Shown: positions 19,196 through 29,306 of the stretch, one piece after another
Layout: the number at the start of each line of letters is the position of its first letter
Position numbering within the stretch: the stretch's first letter is position 1
Assembly: GCA_938074325.1 (NCBI GenBank)
Contig: CALJFZ010000029.1
Span: 12,292 to 76,291, forward strand
Source of the DNA: an uncultured Flavobacteriales bacterium
GTDB taxonomy: Bacteria > Bacteroidota > Bacteroidia > Flavobacteriales_D > Sanyastnellaceae
Direction of reading: 5' to 3'
DNA: 64,000 nucleotides
Program-made: the position numbers and the translations under genes
The notes under the pieces: model-generated
The model's database searches: none
Told to the model about the DNA's origin: nothing
The model's input: only the letters and a program-made list of their open reading frames with translations

Positions 19196-19807
19196 ATGGG
19201 TTTTTTGTTCGCCATTCTTATCGCTACGGTCTTGGTTTCCTACCAGGCGATGCAACGTCCGGTAGTCAAGGAGAAGCTTCTGTATGTCCCTTACCGGGTC
19301 AAGCACCTCAACGAATGGTATCGCGTATTGACGCATGCATTGGTGCATGCAGATTACACCCATCTATTTGTCAATGCCTTCGTGCTCTGGCAATTTGGCA
19401 TGCGCCTCGAATCCATGTTCAACATGGACGGCCAACCAGAGCTTTTCCCATTGCTATACATTGGCGGAGTGGCGTTCGCCGCTTTCCCCGGCATGATGCG
19501 CCATCACAACAATCCTGGTTACCGTAGCTTGGGGGCAAGCGGAGCCGTGAGCGCTGTACTCATTGCCTACATCCTGCATTTCCCGACCACAGAACTACTC
19601 CTGTTTTTCATCATTCCTATGCCTGCATTTGTAGCTGGCATACTGTTCTTCGTGTATGAGCATAAGATGGACCAACGCGGCAGGAGCCACATCGCGCATG
19701 ATGCCCACCTTTGGGGAGGATTGTTTGGCCTTTTATTCACAGGTATCACCGAACCAGGGACCTTCCCAAAATTCGCAGCAGCAGTCTTGGCTTATTTGCC
19801 CTTTTGA
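19196..19807 (+). CDS. Rhomboid family intramembrane serine protease
   Basis: WYR, H...HLFVN, GASG and AHLWGG motifs. Confidence 0.92.
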   Translation: MGFLFAILIATVLVSYQAMQRPVVKEKLLYVPYRVKHLNEWYRVLTHALVHADYTHLFVNAFVLWQFGMRLESMFNMDGQPELFPLLYIGGVAFAAFPGMMRHHNNPGYRSLGASGAVSAVLIAYILHFPTTELLLFFIIPMPAFVAGILFFVYEHKMDQRGRSHIAHDAHLWGGLFGLLFTGITEPGTFPKFAAAVLAYLPF

Positions 19808-20124
19808 CTCGGAGCGGCGGGCACGATGCGAAAAAGATCTTCGTTGTCGCGTTTCATGAAATATTTCTCCCGAGCGAAACGTTCCAGGCGCTCTGGATTC
19901 GAGGATAAATCCTCGAGCTGCGTTCTCGTATTGTGAATTTCATGCTCGTAATGATCCACCTGCCGATTGAGCCGATTCAGCTCCATTTGGCTTTTGGCGA
20001 GGTAAATCAGGTCAATCTCGGAAACGAACGTGACCCATACCAATCCCAAGCATGCCGTGAGCAGGTAGCGGTTGGTCAAGACAGCCGCTGCCGTTAAAGC
20101 AGAGAGATCAACCTTCTTCCTCAT
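19792..20124 (-). CDS. ftsB: Septum formation initiator (FtsB/DivIC family)
   Basis: TM segment, coiled coil and LERFAREKYFMKRDNED. Confidence 0.8.
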   Translation of the reverse strand: MRKKVDLSALTAAAVLTNRYLLTACLGLVWVTFVSEIDLIYLAKSQMELNRLNRQVDHYEHEIHNTRTQLEDLSSNPERLERFAREKYFMKRDNEDLFRIVPAAPSQKGK

Positions 20125-22720
20125 CCGATGTGGACTCTTCTGGCAGCGCGTCGTCCTTCAAGGCTTCTTGTGCTCCGTCTGGCATGCTCAAAAATCCGCC
20201 CTTAACGACTGAGATTTTTAAGTTGGATTCGCCCTTTTTGTAATCTGCTTTGAGCAAATCGCCCTCTTCAATTTTCGCATTGATGATCTCCTCGGCGAAA
20301 GGATCTTCAATGAACTTTTGAATGGCCCGCTTCAATGGTCGAGCCCCATACTTTTCATCGTAGCCTTCTTCAACGAGGAAATCCTTGGCTTTCTTGGTGA
20401 CTTCAATGCCGTAGCCCAAGCCTTCGATGCGCGCAATCAATGCCTTCAATTCCAAATCGATGATGGCGTGGATGTGATCCCGTTCGAGGCTCTTGAAAAC
20501 CACCACGTCATCGATTCGATTCAGGAATTCAGGGCTAAAGGCCCGCTTCAATGCGGTTTGAATCACGGAGTCCCTATTCGCGTTTTCGTTCTCGACCCGG
20601 GCGGTGGTTCCGAATCCGACACCTGTTCCAAATTCAGCAAGCTGGCGGGCTCCGATGTTGGACGTCATGATGATTACGGTGTTCCGGAAGTCAATCTTCC
20701 TCCCCAGGCTATCTGTCATTTGGCCATCATCCAATGCTTGCAAAAGCAAGTTGAATACGTCCGGATGGGCCTTCTCAATTTCATCAAGCAAGACGATGGA
20801 GTAGGGGTGTCGACGCACCTTTTCCGTCAACTGTCCACCTTCCTCGTACCCAACGTAACCGGGAGGCGCTCCCACAAGGCGACTAATGGCGAATTTCTCC
20901 ATGTATTCGCTCATGTCAATTCGAATGAGCGACTCTTCCGTATCGAACATGAAGCGCGCCAGTATCTTGGCGAGCTGAGTTTTACCCACCCCGGTTGGCC
21001 CTAAGAAAATAAAGGAACCAATAGGCTTGTTAGGGTCTTTCAATCCGGCGCGGTTTCGCTTGATAGCTCTGGCCACGCGAACAATGGCATCGTCCTGGCC
21101 AATCACCTTTCCCTGAAGGTCTTCATTCATGCGCGCCAGGCGCCCGGACTCCTTCTCTGCAATGCGTTGAACTGGAATACCGGTCATCATGCCGACGACG
21201 TCGCCAACGTGGTCCACCGTGACGGTAACGCGCTTGTTTTTACTGTCTTCTTCCCATTGTTGCTTCGCGCGTTCGAGCTTTTCATTCAACGTCCGTTCCG
21301 TATCACGCAATTTGGCTGCTTCCTCGTAGCGCTGAGAACGTACAACGCGAACCTTTTCTTCCTTGATCTTTTCGATTTCCTCTTCAATCTGAACAATTTC
21401 TTCAGGAACGTTGATGTTGTTCAAGTGCACACGAGAGCCCACTTCGTCCATGGCGTCGATGGCTTTGTCTGGCAGGTGCCTGTCGGTGATGTAGCGCGAG
21501 GTGAGGTTTACACACGCCTCGATGGCCTCCGGGGTGTAGGTGACGCTGTGATGCTCTTCGTATTTGTCCTTGATGTTGTTGAGGATCTGAATGGTTTCCT
21601 CAATGGACGTTGGCTCGACCAATACCTTCTGGAAACGGCGCTCCAACGCGCCGTCCTTTTCAATGTGCTGGCGGTATTCGTCCAAAGTCGTTGCACCGAT
21701 GCATTGGATTTCTCCACGTGCCAGTGCTGGTTTGAACATATTGGATGCGTCCAATGAACCACTGGCACCACCTGCACCGACAATCGTATGGATCTCATCA
21801 ATGAACAAGATGACATCTGGGGACTTTTCAAGCTCGTTCATTACGGCTTTCATGCGCTCCTCAAATTGCCCGCGGTACTTCGTTCCAGCTACGAGTGAAG
21901 CCACGTCCAAGGTCACAATGCGCTTGTTGAATAGCACACGGCTCACCTTCTTTTCTACGATGCGCAGAGCAAGCCCCTCGGCGATGGCACTTTTGCCAAC
22001 CCCCGGCTCACCGATGAGGATGGGATTGTTCTTTTTCCGTCGGGAGAGAATCTGCGATACTCGTTCGATCTCCTTCTGCCGGCCAACGATTGCGTCCAAT
22101 CGTCCTTCCTCTGCCATTTTCGTTAGGTCTCGGCCGAAATTGTCCAATACAGGCGTCTTGCTTTTGGGGTCAACTTTTCGAGAGCCGTTGCCGCCTCCGC
22201 CCAATGATTCTCCACCCGCTTCCTCTTCACCAAAATCTGCCGCTTCGGCGCGAGGCGCAGAGGTAGAAGCACCTTCTTTGGCGTTGTCCACCATGGCCTC
22301 ATATTCTTCTTTGGCGACGTCGTAATCAATGTTGAAAGCAGACAGGGCTTTCGTCGCTACGTTGTCTTCGTCTTTCAGGATGCTCAACAAAAGGTGTTCC
22401 GTACCAATGAGGTTTGACTTGAAAATTTTCGCCTCGAGGTAGGTGATCTTCAAAATCTTCTCCGCTTGCTTCACCAAAGGAATATTTCCGGCACCAACAG
22501 AAGCGCCTGCTGTCGGACGAATGCTTCCCTCGAGCGCTTTTCGGAGCTTTTGCATGTCGACGTTTAGCCCCTCTAAAATGCGCACCGCTGTTCCTTCGCC
22601 TTCGCGAATGATGCCCAGCATTAAATGCTCAACGCCTATGTAGTTGTGCCCCAACCGCAGCGCTTCCTCTCTGCTGTACGTAATTACGTCCTTGACCCTT
22701 GGTGAAAATTTCGCGTCCAT
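20108..22720 (-). CDS. clpC: ATP-dependent Clp protease ATP-binding subunit
   Basis: Clp-N repeats, two AAA+ modules (GEPGVGKS, GPTGVGKT), UVR coiled coil and a GVGF ClpP-binding loop. Confidence 0.95.
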   Translation of the reverse strand: MDAKFSPRVKDVITYSREEALRLGHNYIGVEHLMLGIIREGEGTAVRILEGLNVDMQKLRKALEGSIRPTAGASVGAGNIPLVKQAEKILKITYLEAKIFKSNLIGTEHLLLSILKDEDNVATKALSAFNIDYDVAKEEYEAMVDNAKEGASTSAPRAEAADFGEEEAGGESLGGGGNGSRKVDPKSKTPVLDNFGRDLTKMAEEGRLDAIVGRQKEIERVSQILSRRKKNNPILIGEPGVGKSAIAEGLALRIVEKKVSRVLFNKRIVTLDVASLVAGTKYRGQFEERMKAVMNELEKSPDVILFIDEIHTIVGAGGASGSLDASNMFKPALARGEIQCIGATTLDEYRQHIEKDGALERRFQKVLVEPTSIEETIQILNNIKDKYEEHHSVTYTPEAIEACVNLTSRYITDRHLPDKAIDAMDEVGSRVHLNNINVPEEIVQIEEEIEKIKEEKVRVVRSQRYEEAAKLRDTERTLNEKLERAKQQWEEDSKNKRVTVTVDHVGDVVGMMTGIPVQRIAEKESGRLARMNEDLQGKVIGQDDAIVRVARAIKRNRAGLKDPNKPIGSFIFLGPTGVGKTQLAKILARFMFDTEESLIRIDMSEYMEKFAISRLVGAPPGYVGYEEGGQLTEKVRRHPYSIVLLDEIEKAHPDVFNLLLQALDDGQMTDSLGRKIDFRNTVIIMTSNIGARQLAEFGTGVGFGTTARVENENANRDSVIQTALKRAFSPEFLNRIDDVVVFKSLERDHIHAIIDLELKALIARIEGLGYGIEVTKKAKDFLVEEGYDEKYGARPLKRAIQKFIEDPFAEEIINAKIEEGDLLKADYKKGESNLKISVVKGGFLSMPDGAQEALKDDALPEESTSDEEEG

Positions 22721-22807
22721 ATCGTTCTAAATTCTCTTTTTTCTTTCTCGAATGACTGCGTGCGTTGTGAGCATACGCAAGACGTTTCTAAACTACGACC
22801 CCTCTAC

Positions 22808-22824
22808 TTCAAACATCCTGCCAA
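22808..22824 (-). promoter_or_regulatory. Sigma54-type promoter upstream of clpC
   Basis: Minus strand reads TTGGCAGGATGTTTGAA (GG-N10-GA). Confidence 0.55.
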
Positions 22825-22833
22825 GTGTAAGGT

Positions 22834-22867
22834 TTATCCACATCACCTTGGGGAGATTTGTGGGTAA
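22834..22867. promoter_or_regulatory. Pair of inverted DnaA boxes between clpC and gyrA
   Basis: TTATCCACA at 22834-22842 (perfect) and TGTGGGTAA at 22859-22867 (one mismatch, opposite strand). Confidence 0.6.
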
Positions 22868-22966
22868 TTGTAGCCTTGTATCACCGGCCAATGGGGCCAT
22901 CCCTCCGTATTTTCGTTTGCTAGGATGGGAGAGGGGTTTTGAACCAAATTAGGAACTACTGACACG

Positions 22967-25477
22967 ATGGCAGAAGGAGAAAAAATTGTTCAGATAAACA
23001 TCGCGGAAGAGATGAAGTCGGCCTACATCGATTACTCGATGTCGGTCATTGTCTCCCGTGCATTGCCTGATGTTCGCGATGGATTGAAGCCGGTGCATCG
23101 CCGGGTGTTGTATGGCATGTTGGACTTGGGCGTCTTGTCCAATCGAGCCTATAAGAAAAGCGCGAGGATTGTCGGGGAAGTGTTGGGTAAGTACCACCCG
23201 CATGGAGATAGTTCGGTTTATGACACCATGGTGCGAATGGCCCAAGATTGGTCGCTGCGCTACCCCATGGTAGATGGACAGGGGAACTTCGGCTCCATCG
23301 ACGGCGACAATCCAGCCGCCATGCGTTACACAGAAGCGCGGTTGCGGAAGATTGCCGAGGAGATGCTCGACGACCTGGACAAGGAGACCGTAGACTTCCG
23401 TCCGAATTTTGACGAGAGCCTCAAGGAACCCACCGTACTTCCGTCGAAGATTCCAAACCTATTGGTGAACGGTGCCTCGGGCATTGCGGTAGGGATGGCC
23501 ACAAACATGCCTCCACACAACCTGAGCGAGGTCATCAATGGCGCCATTGCCTACATCAATGACAATGACATCACTGTAGAGGGATTGATGGAGCACGTCA
23601 AGGCGCCCGACTTCCCAACCGGTGGGATCATCCACGGAGTAGAAGGAGTGCACGAAGCATTCCATACGGGACGAGGAAGGGTAGTGGTCCGAGGCCGAGC
23701 ACGCATCGAAGAAACCAAAACCGGCAGAGAAGTCATCATTGTTGAGGAGATCCCTTACATGGTGAACAAAGCGGACATGGTGCGCAAGACCGCAGAACTG
23801 GTCAACGACAAGAAAATCGAAGGCATCTCCGAAATCCGAGACGAATCCGATCGGAAAGGCATGCGGGTTGTTTACGAGATCAAGCGAGACGCCATGGCCT
23901 CTGTGGTTCTCAACAAGCTCTATAAGTACACCGCCCTTCAAAGTTCATTCTCAGTCAATAACATTTGCTTGGTCAAAGGCCGCCCGCAGTTGTTAAACTT
24001 GAAAGGACTCACCTCCAACTTCGTCGAGCACCGCCACGATGTTGTGACGCGACGCACGCAATATGATCTGCGCAAAGCGCAAGAGCGTGCCCACATCCTG
24101 CAAGGCTTGATCATTGCCATCGACAACCTCGATGAAGTCATCGAGTTGATCCGTGCCAGTGCGACACCAGAAGAGGCGCGCAACAACCTCATGAGCAAGT
24201 TTGAGCTCTCAGAATTACAGGCACGTGCCATTCTGGATATGCGCCTTCAAAAACTCACAGGGCTGGAACGCGACAAGTTGCGCGCTGAGTACGACGAACT
24301 GATGGCTGTTATCGCAGACTTGGAGGACATCCTCGCCCGCGTGGAGCGCCGCATGGAAATCATCACGCAGGAATTGCTGGACATCAAAGAACGTTACGGG
24401 GACGACCGACGTTCGGACATTGAATTCAGCTCTGCAGATGTACGGATGGAAGACCTCATTGCCGATGAGCAGGTAGTTGTTAGCATCAGCCATGCGGGGT
24501 ACATCAAACGTACCCGACTAGCCGACTACCGCTCCCAAAGCAGAGGAGGAGTGGGGTCAAAAGGTGCCACAACCCGAGACGAGGATTTCGTTGAGCACAT
24601 CTTCACGGCAACCAACCACAATTGGCTGTTGATTTTCACGGCCAACGGTCGGTGTTTCTGGATGCGCATCTTCGAAGTTCCTGAAGGATCCAAGACATCC
24701 AAAGGACGAGCCATTCAGAACCTCATTCAAATCGAACCCGATGATAAGGTTTTGGCTTACATCCCGGTACAAGATTTGAAGGACGAGGAATACGCCAACA
24801 ACAATTTTGTCGTGCTAGCTACGCGCCAAGGCCTCATCAAAAAGACCACGCTCGCCGCATATTCTCGCCCGCGTTCCAATGGAATCAATGCGATCACGAT
24901 CCGGGAGGGCGATGAGCTTTTGACTGCGCGCTTGACCAATGGCGATAACGAAATCATCATCGGTAAGAAATCCGGCAAAGCCATCCGATTCCACGAAAGC
25001 ACTGCACGTGCGGTTGGTCGCACGGCCATGGGCGTGAAAGGGGTCACATTGGAGGGGCCTGAAGACGAAGTCATCGGTATGGTGTGTGTTCGAGGCGCAG
25101 ACTCGGACATCCTTGTTGTCTCTGAGAATGGATACGGAAAACGTTCCGCTGTAGAGGATTACCGGATCACCAACCGAGGAGGAAAAGGAGTCAAAACCTT
25201 GAGCGTAACGGAGAAAACTGGTGCTTTGATCAGCATCCTGAACGTCACAGATGATGATGACCTCATGATTATCAACCGATCAGGCATCACGATCCGAACG
25301 GGCGTTGAGGAGCTCAGAGTCATGGGCAGAGCAACACAGGGAGTCAAACTCATTTCATTGCGAGGTGACGACCAAATTGCTTCCGTTTGCCGCGTACCAA
25401 AAGGCGACGACGAACCGGATGGCGAAGGAGAGGGGGGCGAGCCAACCGGTGATGCACCCGAAGCTTCAGCCGAGTAA
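22967..25477 (+). CDS. gyrA: DNA gyrase subunit A
   Basis: [25 protein letters not shown] (catalytic Tyr) and the GyrA box QSRGGVG. Confidence 0.98.
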   Translation: MAEGEKIVQINIAEEMKSAYIDYSMSVIVSRALPDVRDGLKPVHRRVLYGMLDLGVLSNRAYKKSARIVGEVLGKYHPHGDSSVYDTMVRMAQDWSLRYPMVDGQGNFGSIDGDNPAAMRYTEARLRKIAEEMLDDLDKETVDFRPNFDESLKEPTVLPSKIPNLLVNGASGIAVGMATNMPPHNLSEVINGAIAYINDNDITVEGLMEHVKAPDFPTGGIIHGVEGVHEAFHTGRGRVVVRGRARIEETKTGREVIIVEEIPYMVNKADMVRKTAELVNDKKIEGISEIRDESDRKGMRVVYEIKRDAMASVVLNKLYKYTALQSSFSVNNICLVKGRPQLLNLKGLTSNFVEHRHDVVTRRTQYDLRKAQERAHILQGLIIAIDNLDEVIELIRASATPEEARNNLMSKFELSELQARAILDMRLQKLTGLERDKLRAEYDELMAVIADLEDILARVERRMEIITQELLDIKERYGDDRRSDIEFSSADVRMEDLIADEQVVVSISHAGYIKRTRLADYRSQSRGGVGSKGATTRDEDFVEHIFTATNHNWLLIFTANGRCFWMRIFEVPEGSKTSKGRAIQNLIQIEPDDKVLAYIPVQDLKDEEYANNNFVVLATRQGLIKKTTLAAYSRPRSNGINAITIREGDELLTARLTNGDNEIIIGKKSGKAIRFHESTARAVGRTAMGVKGVTLEGPEDEVIGMVCVRGADSDILVVSENGYGKRSAVEDYRITNRGGKGVKTLSVTEKTGALISILNVTDDDDLMIINRSGITIRTGVEELRVMGRATQGVKLISLRGDDQIASVCRVPKGDDEPDGEGEGGEPTGDAPEASAE

Positions 25478-25506
25478 ATCGGCCAGATTTTCGGGATGAT
25501 GGAATC

Positions 25507-25521
25507 TGGCATTAATTTTGC
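25507..25521 (+). promoter_or_regulatory. Overlapping sigma54-type and sigma70-type promoter motifs for the TPR gene
   Basis: TGGCATTAATTTTGC is GG-N10-GC and contains TAATTTTG at 25513-25520. Confidence 0.5.
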
Positions 25522-25555
25522 CGGCAATTAAGTACACCAAGATCTCAAATAAGGC

Positions 25556-26695
25556 ATGAAAAACATTTTCGCCATCGCATTCATTGCTGCTGCCAGTGTA
25601 GCAGTTGCGCAAAAGCAAGTTGTCTCTGCATACAACGCCAATAAATCAGGAGATTATAAAGCTGCAGCAGGCTACATCGAAGAAGCCATCACCCTTGAAA
25701 AGGCGGCTATCAAAGACAAAACCTGGCGCTACCGAGGGGAGATCTACTTGAACATCGCAAACGACAGCGTTTTGTCCGTGGAGTACCCAAATGCGCTTTG
25801 GATCGCAAAAGATTCATACACGAAAGCACAAGAGTTGGACACGAAAGGCAACTACGAACGGGAAATCATCACAGGCTTAGGGTTGGTTCAAACGACCGCC
25901 GGAAACCAAGGCATCAACGATTACACAACCGAAAATTTCAGTGCCGCAGCTGCCAAATTTGATTTAAGCGCTGAAGTTGCCGGCATGTTCGACGTCATCG
26001 ACACCATGGCTGTCTTCAATGCGGCTTTGTGCTACGAAAAGTCGGGAGATGTTGACCTCGCCGTAGCACGGTACAAATCATGCGGAAGCTTCGGATACCA
26101 GGTGCCAAACGTATACTTGTTCGTCGCCAATCTTCTTCGCCAGGACGGTCGTGTTGAAGACGCGTTGAGTGAGCTGCAATCAGCCCGCAAACAGTTCCCA
26201 CGAGAACAAAGTTTGATCATCGAGGAGTTAAATATCTACCTGGAAGGAAAAGATTACGAGCGCGCTGAGAACAATTTGAAATTGGCCGCAGAGGGTGATC
26301 CAACGAATGAAATCCTATGGTTCAGCCTCGGAAGTGTTTACGACAACTTGGACAAGACCGAATTGGCCGCTGAAGCTTACTTGAAAGCGCTTAGCATCAA
26401 CGCATCCTATTTTGATGCGAATTACAATTTGGGCGCGATGTACTTTAACGAAGCAGTTCAAGGCATTAACGCTGCCAATGACATGTGGAAGCCTCGCATG
26501 ACGAAAGCTGAATCCGCTGAGCAAAAAGCCTTGGAGGATGCCGCAAAGGAAAAGTTCATCGAAGCACGTCCATTCTTAGAGGCAGCTCACACGACCAACG
26601 CGGAAGATATCGACACCATCCGATCTCTGCGTGACATTTACGCTCGTACAGGTCAGGACGACTTGATGCTCAAAATGAGCAACCTGTTGAAGTAA
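25556..26695 (+). CDS. Exported tetratricopeptide repeat protein
   Basis: Signal peptide and TPR helices (WFSLGSVY...A...Y.KAL, ANYNLGAMYFN); follows gyrA as is usual in Bacteroidota. Confidence 0.85.
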   Translation: MKNIFAIAFIAAASVAVAQKQVVSAYNANKSGDYKAAAGYIEEAITLEKAAIKDKTWRYRGEIYLNIANDSVLSVEYPNALWIAKDSYTKAQELDTKGNYEREIITGLGLVQTTAGNQGINDYTTENFSAAAAKFDLSAEVAGMFDVIDTMAVFNAALCYEKSGDVDLAVARYKSCGSFGYQVPNVYLFVANLLRQDGRVEDALSELQSARKQFPREQSLIIEELNIYLEGKDYERAENNLKLAAEGDPTNEILWFSLGSVYDNLDKTELAAEAYLKALSINASYFDANYNLGAMYFNEAVQGINAANDMWKPRMTKAESAEQKALEDAAKEKFIEARPFLEAAHTTNAEDIDTIRSLRDIYARTGQDDLMLKMSNLLK

Positions 26696-26713
26696 TTCAC
26701 GAATAACACTATT

Positions 26714-26745
26714 GAGAAGGGAGCCGCTTGGTTCCCTTTTCTTTT
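26714..26745 (+). terminator. Intrinsic terminator
   Basis: GAGAAGGGAGCC-gctt-GGTTCCCTTTTC followed by TTTT. Confidence 0.8.
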
Positions 26746-26754
26746 GCAAAAGTT

Positions 26755-26782
26755 ATTTAACATAATGATTATTATCATTCAA
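26755..26782 (-). other. dif-like XerC/XerD recombination site
   Basis: Minus strand reads TTGAATGATAA-TAATCA-TTATGTTAAAT: 11-6-11 layout, XerD arm identical to that of E. coli dif, intergenic. Confidence 0.8.
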
Positions 26783-26861
26783 AAGGGTTCGTCTTAATCG
26801 ACTCAGATTCAACCCAATGATGATTTACCCTCAGAAACGCAACATTTCTAAAGGAATGCCG

Positions 26862-26869
26862 TAAATTTG
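26862..26869 (+). promoter_or_regulatory. Sigma70 -7 element for tRNA-Ser
   Basis: TAAATTTG, 9 nt before the tRNA 5' end. Confidence 0.75.
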
Positions 26870-26878
26870 CACTCGCAC

Positions 26879-26964
26879 GGAGGTTTGGCAGAGTTGGTCG
26901 ATTGCACCGGTCTTGAAAACCGGCGTACCGCAAGGTACCGGGGGTTCGAATCCCTCAGCCTCCG
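26879..26964 (+). tRNA. tRNA-Ser (anticodon UGA)
   Basis: Acceptor GGAGGTT/AGCCTCC-G, anticodon arm CCGGT-CT-TGA-AA-ACCGG, long variable arm GTACC-GCAA-GGTAC and T-loop GTTCGAATC. CCA is not encoded. Confidence 0.96.
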
Positions 26965-26968
26965 CTTC

Positions 26969-27004
26969 AGAAGCGCTCACACATGTGGGCGCTTCTTTTT
27001 TTTT
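26969..27004 (+). terminator. Intrinsic terminator after the tRNA
   Basis: AGAAGCGCTCAC-acat-GTGGGCGCTTCT followed by a T-run. Confidence 0.9.
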
Positions 27005-27093
27005 CAGAATAGAGAAAACATGCTAACTGCAGAAATCGATTCTCCTGCACCAGTCTCAAACAACCTTTTGTGTTCCTGGTTGTTTTAAAGACA

Positions 27094-28374
27094 ATGAAGC
27101 ATATCTCATTCATCATAGCCTTGACCATAGCCTCGTGCGTATGGGTTTCCGATTCAGTCGCTCAAGTGAGCGTCTATGGATTTTACAGCACATATACCGA
27201 TCCAACCAATCCCATCGTCCTTGGACAATATGAAGCCATTTCTGGCGAATGGTTGGAATGGGATACCTTGGATTTTGCCTCTGGCGTGGTCATGGGATCC
27301 TCGGCATTCGATGCAGGGACAGAGAGCTACATGTTCGCTGGAATTGGATCACCTCCAGAATCGAGCAGCATTCAGTTTTGGGATTACGATGTGATTGACA
27401 ATCAAATTGTTAACAACCCCAGCTTCAACCAAACGATCAATGCCATACAACACGACATGGCAACGGATCGCTTGCTTGCTTTAGGGACTTACGCCGAAGA
27501 TTCGACATTCATCGACTTCGGTAATGGCACTGGGTACTGGGAATACGAATGGGGCTCTGAACTCATTGAATTGGATACGGAATTTGGTGCAGTTGAGTCG
27601 ATAGCGCCCATCACAGGTATCAATGGCGTGGTTCTTGGAGCGACTGCTTTCGATTCTGACAATAACGTGTATGCATTGGTGGGCATTGATAACAGTGGAA
27701 ACCAAAAGTTCATCCAGCTCGACGGCACGACAGGTGAAGTGATTTCTTCCGTGAACCTTCAGATCCCATCGAATATGGGATTCAATGAATTGGAGTGCTT
27801 CATCCTGGGCGAAACGTTTCTCGGCATCAAGCGCCCTTACGGTGCGCCCAATCCAACTACCGAAACCACCGCTTTGGTATCTGTGGATCCTTTAACCGGA
27901 GTCTTGACCAACATTGTTGAATTGCCTCAGATTTACGCATTTTCACCCAATGCCAGTGTATTCGAACAATCAACGGGGTTGTTTATTATGCTCTATTACG
28001 ACTTAAATAACCAATCGCACATTTTGGTTGTAGATCCTGTAGAGGCCGAAGTCGTTGCCGACCATGAAATCGAGGGATCATTTATTGAATTGCAAATCAA
28101 CAACCGTGAATTCATGGTTGCGGCATATGGCACTGCCAATGGCATCGATGAAAATGGCCATACATCATCTACGATTCAAGCGTGGCCAAACCCTGCAAAC
28201 CAGTTCATCACCCTCCAGGGTCTAAACACGCCCTTTGCGATTTACAATTCTGCAGGGCAATGCGTACCTCATGAGATGAAAAATGGGGTTATTGATGTGT
28301 CAAATTGGAATTCAGGCTATTACTTGATTGCTGACCAATCCGGTCGGACAGCTCGGTTCTTGATTCAACACTGA
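27094..28374 (+). CDS. Secreted acidic beta-rich protein with T9SS type A C-terminal domain
   Basis: Signal peptide from ATG 27094, internal repeat G.SAFD/G.TAFD, C-terminal WPNPA...SGYYLI...FLIQH. Confidence 0.75.
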   Translation: MKHISFIIALTIASCVWVSDSVAQVSVYGFYSTYTDPTNPIVLGQYEAISGEWLEWDTLDFASGVVMGSSAFDAGTESYMFAGIGSPPESSSIQFWDYDVIDNQIVNNPSFNQTINAIQHDMATDRLLALGTYAEDSTFIDFGNGTGYWEYEWGSELIELDTEFGAVESIAPITGINGVVLGATAFDSDNNVYALVGIDNSGNQKFIQLDGTTGEVISSVNLQIPSNMGFNELECFILGETFLGIKRPYGAPNPTTETTALVSVDPLTGVLTNIVELPQIYAFSPNASVFEQSTGLFIMLYYDLNNQSHILVVDPVEAEVVADHEIEGSFIELQINNREFMVAAYGTANGIDENGHTSSTIQAWPNPANQFITLQGLNTPFAIYNSAGQCVPHEMKNGVIDVSNWNSGYYLIADQSGRTARFLIQH

Positions 28375-28458
28375 ATTCATACGCCATACGAGGCGGATTT
28401 TGAAGTAGCGAGCACGAAACGCGAAGGTCATTCGTTGTTAAATTGTCGTCGCTGTTCC

Positions 28459-29298
28459 ATGACTCTGCACTCCCCTCACCCCCACTCTTGGTTCAATGAT
28501 TCCGAATGGACTCATGCGCTGGGATTGACCCCGATACCAGCAGGCGGATCGCTTGTCATTGGCAGCGTCAAAGGAGTGCCTGCGTGGCACACACCGCCAT
28601 GGGCTTTGGAAGCAGGATGGCCGGAAAACATCGACATTGATACTTGGCGCAGTGCATTGGAGGAGGCTTCCATCGGGCTCGTTGCCTGCGATCTTCCGGC
28701 TGCGATGGAGTGCGACTGGGGAGCCCCATGGCACGTCCAACAGCGTCATACCCGATGGCTCACGTGCGATGATTCGGGACAATTTCCCCCACTGCCAAAA
28801 CACCGCGCGAAGCAAGCGCGAAAAGCGCTGTCCAAAGGCATTACCATCGAGAACACGTCGGAAGTAAATAAGCTGGTGAATTTGCATCAAATGGCGAGGG
28901 ATCGGAAGTCAATTCCTTCAGACGCCCAAGCGTTGGAACGGCTGTTCAAGTGGATGGTCCAATCGCCACACCAAACAAGTTACATCGCCCGCGATGGTGA
29001 TGGCGTTCCCGCAGCAAGCGCCACATTTTTGCACAACGCAGGACGGACGGTTTATGCCTTTGGTGGTCAGAAGCGGTCATCCGTTTCTGGACTAGCCACG
29101 GTCTTGTTGATTGAGCAAGGCATTCGTGACGCAGCGGCCATTGGCAATCGGATCTTCGATTTCGGCGGTTCTTCTGATCCAGGTGTGGATCGGTTTTATG
29201 CGGAGTTCGGCGCCGAAAAAGTACCGAGGCAGCGTGCAGTGCGCATGGCGTGGTGGGCTCGGCCGTGGTTGCGCTTGATGCGCCCGGACTTGTTCTGA
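28459..29298 (+). CDS. GNAT (FemAB/Acetyltransf_6-like) family protein
   Basis: C-terminal FDFGGS.DPGV.RFY..FGA motif. Start uncertain. Confidence 0.7.
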   Translation: MTLHSPHPHSWFNDSEWTHALGLTPIPAGGSLVIGSVKGVPAWHTPPWALEAGWPENIDIDTWRSALEEASIGLVACDLPAAMECDWGAPWHVQQRHTRWLTCDDSGQFPPLPKHRAKQARKALSKGITIENTSEVNKLVNLHQMARDRKSIPSDAQALERLFKWMVQSPHQTSYIARDGDGVPAASATFLHNAGRTVYAFGGQKRSSVSGLATVLLIEQGIRDAAAIGNRIFDFGGSSDPGVDRFYAEFGAEKVPRQRAVRMAWWARPWLRLMRPDLF

Positions 29299-29306
29299 CG
29301 TGGGGG

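Noticed and set aside
22942..22950. 9-nt complementarity of the gyrA leader (and 7 nt of the 33-aa ORF leader) to the candidate sRNA
   Set aside because: Matches this short are expected by chance in a window of this size, so no target is claimed.
26761..26779. Fur-box-like sequence
   Set aside because: It matches 14 of 19 positions but lies inside the better-supported dif site, and no iron gene is adjacent.
26879..26964. Suppressor or selenocysteine tRNA
   Set aside because: The UGA anticodon reads UCA serine codons; tRNA-Sec would have anticodon UCA.
26965..29300. Integrative element at tRNA-Ser
   Set aside because: No integrase and no duplicated tRNA 3' end were seen.
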